Virus record (IMG/VR): IMGVR_UViG_3300025141_012314
Coordinates: 1-64,000 of that record
DNA length: 64,000 nucleotides
Reading direction: 5' to 3' (one strand)
Source: a virus
Made by a program: the position numbers and the translations under genes. This document shows, one piece after another, positions 58,701 to 64,000 of the stretch (its first letter is position 1; every line of letters starts with the position of its first letter). The notes under the pieces were generated by a model that saw nothing but the letters and a program-made list of their open reading frames with translations, searched no databases and was not told the DNA's origin.

Positions 58701-61700
58701 TAAAGATGCGATAAACGAGCAGTATGTTTCGGGCAATCTATCGATCACAGCATCTGCTGGCTCCGGATCCACAGTTGTAAATCTGAATAACTCTCTTTAC
58801 GGAGACGCAGATTCTACAAAGATTTATATTAATGGTGCATTTGGTAATGTATCGAGTAGCAAATCTGGTGCTAGCATCTCTGTTTCTGGCATGGCCGGCG
58901 GACGAAACCCGACAATTCTCAATTACAACGCACCTCGCGCAACGTATTATAGAGATCAGGTCGCAAAACGTCCAGTTAACATCAGAAATATTGAGCTAAA
59001 AACAGGCTCAACGATTATTGGAAACTATCGACATAGGTATGAATTCGTACAAACTGTCGGTGCTTGGGAGAATCCACGCGCGTTTGTTGATCACCAGCCA
59101 ACATTGCCTTCGATTATTAACGACAACAATAACCTAACCGGCTCAGGAATCGCAGGAAACTTCTTGCTGATTAATAGGACATCGGCTAGCCACTTTGACT
59201 ATGGGCTTACTTACGCTCCAACGCAGCTCACTGGCTCGAAGAACAAAACAGTGATGACTTCACGCTTTAGCGCCCCAGGCTCAAGAGAGACCTTCCAGCG
59301 CGGACTAAAGGATGTTAGGTCAGCCGAGTTCTCGCCATACAATACGATCCCTTATAAAAATCAAACGGTGATTAAGAACTCCCAGGGCGCTAGCGGTACG
59401 ATATCACAAACTTCCGGATACAGGGTATCAGATATCCACGGAAAGGACTTCGGACTTCGGGCCCTTCTCTCACGACCGTCTGCTCGCTTCGGACGCGACT
59501 CGCTATTTTGTGATGATCCGGGAGCCTCATATGAACAAGCTCCAAGCTTCCAGAAGAACAATAGAAATACGAAGATTAGTGTTAAGGCTGCAGAACAAGG
59601 TTTTGCTGAAGATAAACAATACGATAACTTCTTTGTGACTCACCAGATTCCTCGAATGGATCGCCAGTATGCTTGGGTAACTAACTCTTTGTCAGTACAC
59701 ACCCCTCTTCTACACGGTGGCGCCAGATATTATGGAATGGCTCCCGTACATGGTGATCATGCTGGCTATTATGTTGATAAGACCAATTCTTCATATACAT
59801 ACGAACCTTATTTCTCATATGTTTCTGAAAGTGATGTTCGACCGCTGACAACTAGACATCCCGCTCGTACATTTGCAGAAGGTGGATTGGTACAGGTGCA
59901 TTCAAATCTGAATATCTATACTTTAGATGCAGTCACTGCTTCTCAAAACTATTTAGGATTCCCGCTAGATCAGCCATCTCTAAGTGCCGCCAGAGTCGGA
60001 GCCTATGGATTCCAGCGAAATGGCAATTATTTCAATAGAAAAGGTAATAAAGCGGCATATCTCCTAAAGACCGAAGATCTCGATGCCGCGACTGTCACTG
60101 CCTCAGCAAACTACCTTAACTTGGTTCTCACAAGAAGAGGCGCCAACTATGGATGGAACTGGACAGCAACACACCAGCAAGACCACCCGATTCTTCGCGC
60201 CGAGAAAAACACAAACAAGATCTCGGTGATAACCGGATCAGATAACGGCATCAATCGATACCGCTTATCCCCTGTTTCTATGAGAGGGCGCCCTGTATAT
60301 ATCAACTATAGCAATGGTGATGAAGACATTACCCTTAAGGCAACTCATAATAATGAGGAGATCTTCTTTAACGATGCAGAATTCAATAACCTTCTTGGTG
60401 TTTCGCCTGAGAATATTACAACACCATACGAGCAAATCGTCCGCGCAATACAACCTAGTTTAAATTGGGTACAATATAGTGAAAACATTTTCCCATCTCT
60501 TCGAAATGAGTTCGCGACAAAGAGTTTAGACAAGCCAACTTACGATAATAAGTATTGGCGCAACAGTCGTACTGAAAGAACCACTGTCGGAACATCATTT
60601 AATAACTCCTGGAATGTGCCCCGTAGAGGAGACATTGCTGGCAACGCTACTACTCTTAAAGAGGGAGTTATCATTAATCAAAGTTCTTGGCCATTAGACG
60701 CTCAAGAAAGCTTTCTAACTCGCTCAACACTGCCCTATTACTCGTCATCTGCCAACGATGACCAAACATTTAGACAACAACGTGTTGGCGAACTACAAAA
60801 TAACTACGGACCCTACAAGCCCGGGAACGATTTCGATGCCGATCATGAACGACGCATGCTGGTCTCTCCAAGTGCCAAATATAGTCGTAAACACTTGCTT
60901 CAGGGCGCCAAAACCGTAACTGGTCCCAACGGAACACATATTAATGAGACCGGTTCGGCTGTGGGAATGAGCTTTGCAAACTTCCAAGTCGGCGCCGGCG
61001 AAGCGCTTTGGGAAACTGGTGATCAAGCGGGAATCCTCGTGAAGAACGACGAAGGAGGCTTCACGTTCGAGGCTTCGGCATCACAGCCATGGTATAACTC
61101 ATATGAAGACTATAGACAAGATCTTAAAGTATTAGCAAAAGACTTTTCGGTAATCCCTGAGTTTAGAATTAGTGAACACATTGAGGACTATGTTAAATAC
61201 GGAATATTCACACCAAACAAGACCGACACTTTCGAACTCCCAGAAACAGGGATCAATAGTTCCACTTCATCTTTCTATAAAGATTACTCAAACTCAGATT
61301 TCATGTCGGGCTTCCTTAAGGTATCAAAAGACACGCTTCTCGACGCAAAAGAAATAAGTCTGGTCTGCAGCGCCGCAATTAAGTTTAATCCCTACAAAGG
61401 ATTCTACCCAGTGCAGAGAACGATGGATCTATCATCTCAATTCTCAAGCTCATACGCCGATGGTTTTACTGGATTTTTGACTGCCTCACAAACGCCAATA
61501 CCTTTTTTAAACACGAAGCCATGGAAAAAACTACTGACAGGCTCCACAGCTGTTAATGGTATCACTCCATTCATTGCTCCCGGCATTTTATTCAACTCGA
61601 TTAAAGCCGGCATGGCTGTTGACTATCCAATAGTAACAGATGGTTCCAAACTGCGATCGGTAGACATCGGCGGAGTAATTGATACAGAGAATCCAGCATT

Positions 61701-63978
61701 CGATGTGGCTGCCGGTGATTGGCACACCTACGTTTTATATGGATCTGCCAGTGATGATAGTTCCCCCTCAGTAGAATACCAATCCCGCGGGTGGAACGGT
61801 TCTGGTTCGATCTGGGATAAGCGACTGCCCTTCGAGGCAATTATAGAGCCGGAAGTATATCTGCAAGGCGCCTCATTTGTTAGCCAAGAGGCCCACCCAT
61901 CAGCCTCCAACTCAATAGTAACTAGCTGGGGCGGTAAACTCGGTGGCGAAACGACTTATACCCGAATGGCACGCAACTTTTTTGGCGAAGTCGGATCGTT
62001 TTTCCTCAAAGATAAGGGCTTTACGAGATTAGAGTCGCAAACAATTTCTGATGACCTTAGATTCCCCTCTGGCAGTGTTTACGGCGCCAGAATTAAGCTT
62101 CATCGTTCGACTCGTGGACCAAGAACATACAACGCAGAGGATTACCCACAAATAGCATCCGGCTCTTGGCCAGATGCCAGCAGCAGCATTCACAGCCCGT
62201 GGGCAGCATACGGCGGCAGAAAGTGGGATCCGTCAAGCTCATTGGGCTTGTCCTCTGGTGCCCCAACATATGGACTCTGGGCGTCGGGTTCCTTCCCGGT
62301 ACCACAAGACCCGATACATAATCCAAACTTCGAAGAGTCTTTCACCTTGTATAGTAGACCCAGCGCTTTCTTCCCTCCGTGCGGAGGAAGACCCCCTATG
62401 TATTTGCAGAATGATAATCCCCCAACCCCGGGGCCAATGATACCAGAAGACTCACTAGTATTCCATCAGGGTGCCATGGGCTCAACAATAGGTATGAATC
62501 CTGCCGGCACACCACCATATTATGATGGCGAGGCGTGGGTTGATCTTATCTTTAGACCATCGCACACTAAGAGTTATGATTTGGAACAGATTTTAGCGGA
62601 AACGGAGATGGTATATTGGAGATTTGATGCGGGATATGCCGGCACGAATTTAAATTGGGATAACAGTTGTACAGAGAGATTGTCTGGATACCTTAATCAA
62701 GGTCCAACCACTTTAATACCGACGTATAACAACAATTTCTTCTGTGCGAAAGGCGCGGCCGCCGCCGCGGGAAATTATGCCGGAATCCCAATTTACGATG
62801 GCATGCACATTAACGCCAACTCAATGCAAGCTAGCGCAAGCTTAAACTTGTTAGGAGTGGAGAAGGTGAAGTTCGAAGAAATCGACAAGTTCGGAAATCT
62901 AGGAAGTACCAGAAACATCACCGAAGGTAAAAAGTGGGTTATCCAACCTAAGTTTGAGACCCCGCACATGAACTTTAACTATAAGGGTGATCGCGGCATT
63001 AACAGCGGTTCATCAACGATTACAGTTCCGCAGAACTTCTCAGCGTCAGTACCACGCGGCATGTGGCATCAGTTCGGAACAATCCCGACAGACCCATCAA
63101 CTGGTATCTTTATGGAGATCGGAGACATCCCAGAAGAGTGGCTCAAGAATCACTATATGGTTATTAATCAACCTAGTCCATATAATGATCACAACATCTC
63201 AAAAGGAATTTTCTTAAGCCATAACATGAAATCGCTTGCAACTTTAGCCGGCTTCGATCAAACTAAGTCCCGTGCACGTTTGGGTGAGCTAGCGGAAAGC
63301 AGGACAATACGAGAAGCTGTAGTTGCTGTTCCGTATATTGTAGACTATCAAAAGGATGCAACCGGAGAAACCGGAAAACAAAGAAAGCGTTTTATATCGA
63401 TTCCTCCGGAAAGATATTCGGCTGCGACTAATGAGCAAGTTGGTTCTAAATCCGGCGATTCTTTAGATGCATCTGGCGAATCCATCCGGAAGCTAGTTCA
63501 AAAAATGCCTCGATACGTAATGCCACCACAGTTCGACTTTATTAGTAATGATAATATCGACCCTCTCGTAATGTATATCTTTGAGTTTGAATACAGCTTC
63601 GACAAAGATGACCTTTCATATATGTGGCAGAACATTGCACCGCGCGATTATCGAAAAGTAGACATGCAATTCCAATCGGTCGCACACGAACTAATGGATA
63701 CTGAACTGCTATCAGAAAGAAACTTGACAGAGAGTGAAAATCTGCGCTGGATGGTATTTAAGGTGAAACAGAAAGCTCAAACTGGTTATTACGATCAAGT
63801 TGTTAGACAGGCTGGGCAAGCATCTGATCAGTTCGAAAACAAAAAGCTCACTGACAAAGACGACGTGGGCTATCAGCTAAATTACAACTGGCCTTATGAT
63901 TACTTATCTTTCGTAGAGCTAGTTAAGATAGATGCAGAAGTCTTATATAAAAAGCCCGACAAGAAGGATGAGAGCTAA
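52702..63978 (+). CDS. Giant baseplate/tail protein (3758 aa) with LamG/concanavalin-like domains
   Basis: TVEFW..WHHYAI..FYVDG..GSIDEFRYW and ISAWV..WHHIAVTYD..FIDG..GAIDEMSIW; KSKGTERAI wedge-like motif. Confidence 0.8.
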   Translation: MSIKKLFHATDESRNYLSEAEQKDIYKAVESEKNLEELNELKEAFVPQVDYSNPAQFARFGSAYLYYKSAISNILDFYPYDGSDAEKNRFHNKTYPIDKYILDNNYPKSTGYGIISADGWGTQSSISGGYGVPATQEHITFFAGPGTGSFLSGTAATSMMPEPHNSKFQYSNVYEENPYLNAGLTSDYGSGSRDSNLKADFDRGVTVEFWLQTGSLGGTADTQKLVVFDMWNNEHSSSADYGRITIELTGGLRGTSTLGWTDSPFLLTVQSGNLFYNPDSPGTFQQKIGLGITTASLGEWHHYAIAIYNSGSDLRTDFYVDGRMNDAGTPTYATAVDAIDTAGVKAANVDSAFSFTIPTSAGGEGPATTIRLSAAQSTAPPVAGAGSSIGIGFSDKTDAEIAALIINAINAVATTNIVFAVSNNGQAGYDAGITATQGSSDTQITLTMDNPGIAGNLNIALVDTLGTSLVDTADFTGATGFQASSLGELTSKNMMGRLGALQYAPSGTMAKSTCTDLDGAGKLSGSIDEFRYWKTKRTGHDIGRNWINQVGGGVNTDIANTELGVYYKFNEGITGNSTVDGTVLDYGGRICNGRWQGYAANSRNTGSAIVSASAAPYERLDPVIRPEHPDIISLRSNLLSTGSTHDRQNNNLFINYMPSWIQDEYEPDDAYNGDLSLMSHVIGSYFDTMYQQVRALPSFVKASYTSGSHKPVPFAQHLPQSLGLDTPELFVDSSIIEQFLNRDDKTLFEGDLTETKNLIYLNLYNNLAHIFKSKGTERAIRNTLRCFNINDNVFKLNVYNRNHTFELKNNLRQTLSKETRVNFGHPDNLEAVVYQAMSSSNPNSLGYISGSGWKAAGQRVGYEQQYGFTLESDVIFPHYVAEVDPIQRNYTTSSLFGMYTVPTGSIIDNSNPEGVPSGLDPRVDFLDGTNTAFATSSTDTISDPANLQVYAIRTAADSKDVYFQLGSRNDPRPLLFHTASSLTSSVFYNVYDNERWNLSVRMKPSKPFANIVTGALSDTGQQFTYDVVFRGINTFLGDVKNSFELTGTLNYVSGSNLLAASKRVYCGAERTNITGTLLNKSDAQINSVKYWTKHIDNHSLDQHLYDMTNQGISGSYQNVAFWDPNNGPLDVLNLNTLALSWNFNNITGGSDVNGNFYVEDASSGSTELRTENYGWLGNKTGWQHTGYGYGFATSSTAVYVKDPINSFKFVNPERAVSNDMIQILSDDDEVLGIVETVPSYYYTLEKSLYGALSEEMLDFLAGVVDFNNVIGAPVNRYRSRYKNLEKLRESFFRRVNKVSSVEKYINYYKWFDGSISTIIEQMLPASADFEAEVFNTIESHVLERNKYQTPFPTYEFIEPDLDSTMEGLQSNTWDWQSGHSMEPSSPRRTDVNKPFVKQRMLRTSIELTSGDPEIDGQRENIRKIAFSQPTLSSSANVRYTPAGVGYSAQQFRRRALSAPYEMTIELSDNKSNIHGGVNFPPNKNIQFTYDALYPFGPLGTDPVVPLNVLFTQESDIVELAELYLADFNPKGKIIERSFKVHFGREWEDGLGGKNLKSSMAYPFSIVSSSVTTGYNKDVVNGLTGGIQITNLHNDVYGSDMEKPMQGPFTEYAVGGHQHRHTRINKGADNYKTRAEAWKLLVGECGGAPSGSMGLVAPDYPWPDIGQDPAAAEGTVSLAVGNVTTGDSVTIGDGDTTKTFEVPFENEKSVLFTNSANSWIAVSGDKSSSYGLPSDHPLDFYYLEKATISAWVSASATDKNAYIFQAGAPNGAIDVAIRTDNTVRLTQAWYRPAGGPYNVNAHWETDAAVITTGKWHHIAVTYDATLSASQDPKFFIDGVLVDSSAGMAVPADADTKLQLKRIVDRESTTKVITTIGGYNVNVPFSGAIDEMSIWQLSMSAEQITEVYATGSVQNLFKVSAYVSDNTNLYSWWRMGDDANDAVDGGGSYSLGVNSIVDQTGRANGNPGSEQSISTNVVTASTAGPNVSWTKGSNYFNSIQNLKDAINEQYVSGNLSITASAGSGSTVVNLNNSLYGDADSTKIYINGAFGNVSSSKSGASISVSGMAGGRNPTILNYNAPRATYYRDQVAKRPVNIRNIELKTGSTIIGNYRHRYEFVQTVGAWENPRAFVDHQPTLPSIINDNNNLTGSGIAGNFLLINRTSASHFDYGLTYAPTQLTGSKNKTVMTSRFSAPGSRETFQRGLKDVRSAEFSPYNTIPYKNQTVIKNSQGASGTISQTSGYRVSDIHGKDFGLRALLSRPSARFGRDSLFCDDPGASYEQAPSFQKNNRNTKISVKAAEQGFAEDKQYDNFFVTHQIPRMDRQYAWVTNSLSVHTPLLHGGARYYGMAPVHGDHAGYYVDKTNSSYTYEPYFSYVSESDVRPLTTRHPARTFAEGGLVQVHSNLNIYTLDAVTASQNYLGFPLDQPSLSAARVGAYGFQRNGNYFNRKGNKAAYLLKTEDLDAATVTASANYLNLVLTRRGANYGWNWTATHQQDHPILRAEKNTNKISVITGSDNGINRYRLSPVSMRGRPVYINYSNGDEDITLKATHNNEEIFFNDAEFNNLLGVSPENITTPYEQIVRAIQPSLNWVQYSENIFPSLRNEFATKSLDKPTYDNKYWRNSRTERTTVGTSFNNSWNVPRRGDIAGNATTLKEGVIINQSSWPLDAQESFLTRSTLPYYSSSANDDQTFRQQRVGELQNNYGPYKPGNDFDADHERRMLVSPSAKYSRKHLLQGAKTVTGPNGTHINETGSAVGMSFANFQVGAGEALWETGDQAGILVKNDEGGFTFEASASQPWYNSYEDYRQDLKVLAKDFSVIPEFRISEHIEDYVKYGIFTPNKTDTFELPETGINSSTSSFYKDYSNSDFMSGFLKVSKDTLLDAKEISLVCSAAIKFNPYKGFYPVQRTMDLSSQFSSSYADGFTGFLTASQTPIPFLNTKPWKKLLTGSTAVNGITPFIAPGILFNSIKAGMAVDYPIVTDGSKLRSVDIGGVIDTENPAFDVAAGDWHTYVLYGSASDDSSPSVEYQSRGWNGSGSIWDKRLPFEAIIEPEVYLQGASFVSQEAHPSASNSIVTSWGGKLGGETTYTRMARNFFGEVGSFFLKDKGFTRLESQTISDDLRFPSGSVYGARIKLHRSTRGPRTYNAEDYPQIASGSWPDASSSIHSPWAAYGGRKWDPSSSLGLSSGAPTYGLWASGSFPVPQDPIHNPNFEESFTLYSRPSAFFPPCGGRPPMYLQNDNPPTPGPMIPEDSLVFHQGAMGSTIGMNPAGTPPYYDGEAWVDLIFRPSHTKSYDLEQILAETEMVYWRFDAGYAGTNLNWDNSCTERLSGYLNQGPTTLIPTYNNNFFCAKGAAAAAGNYAGIPIYDGMHINANSMQASASLNLLGVEKVKFEEIDKFGNLGSTRNITEGKKWVIQPKFETPHMNFNYKGDRGINSGSSTITVPQNFSASVPRGMWHQFGTIPTDPSTGIFMEIGDIPEEWLKNHYMVINQPSPYNDHNISKGIFLSHNMKSLATLAGFDQTKSRARLGELAESRTIREAVVAVPYIVDYQKDATGETGKQRKRFISIPPERYSAATNEQVGSKSGDSLDASGESIRKLVQKMPRYVMPPQFDFISNDNIDPLVMYIFEFEYSFDKDDLSYMWQNIAPRDYRKVDMQFQSVAHELMDTELLSERNLTESENLRWMVFKVKQKAQTGYYDQVVRQAGQASDQFENKKLTDKDDVGYQLNYNWPYDYLSFVELVKIDAEVLYKKPDKKDES

Positions 63979-63983
63979 CAAAA

Positions 63984-64000
63984 ATGCCTAAATTTCTAGA
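63984..64000 (+). CDS. 5' start of the next gene (MPKFL...), truncated by the window end
   Basis: ATG 5 nt after the previous stop; open to the window edge. Confidence 0.4.

Noticed and set aside
135-63217. The many short minus-strand and alternative-frame ORFs in the track
   Set aside because: Nearly all lie within or across longer, motif-bearing + strand genes and show no recognisable domains.
1-64000. Stop-codon reassignment as seen in some large phages
   Set aside because: TAA, TAG and TGA all end genes at sensible boundaries, and ORFs up to 11 kb are intact in the standard code.

Overview
A 64-kb, almost entirely + strand, densely packed segment of a large tailed bacteriophage (T4-like/jumbo myovirus type). 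It uses the standard genetic code. Layout: (i) 1-7.2 kb, candidate head-packaged proteins. Two share an identical MKLLLENW leader. The block includes a protein kinase-like C-terminus, a HAD phosphatase, an HExxH protease with a nested in-frame acidic gene, and an RNA-ligase-like/HxGH nucleotidyltransferase fusion. (ii) 7.2-17.2 kb, accessory genes: Fis-like HTH, a complete tmRNA (tag ANNNNNFESVRLAA), two lipoproteins, an LpxH-like phosphoesterase, HNH, tRNA-Thr(UGU), PIN-PhoH and a Cas4-like nuclease. (iii) 17.3-38.3 kb, a ~21-kb glycan biosynthesis operon: 7 glycosyltransferase genes, 2 sulfotransferase-like genes, B12 radical SAM, split TPP enzyme, ColD/Fcl-like pair, RmlC and a split HldE-like module. 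(iv) 39-64 kb, a gp55-like sigma factor followed by baseplate/tail genes (gp5-like with lysozyme, gp25, gp6, 2131-aa and 3758-aa giant proteins). The two main hypotheses are a capsid-targeting-leader-based enzyme cargo system, and a virion glycosylation system whose acceptor may be the [S/T]-[G/A]-S tripeptide enriched in two structural proteins. A recurrent ACTA(T/A)TTAT motif is a candidate late promoter. All calls come from motif recognition by eye; no searches were run.
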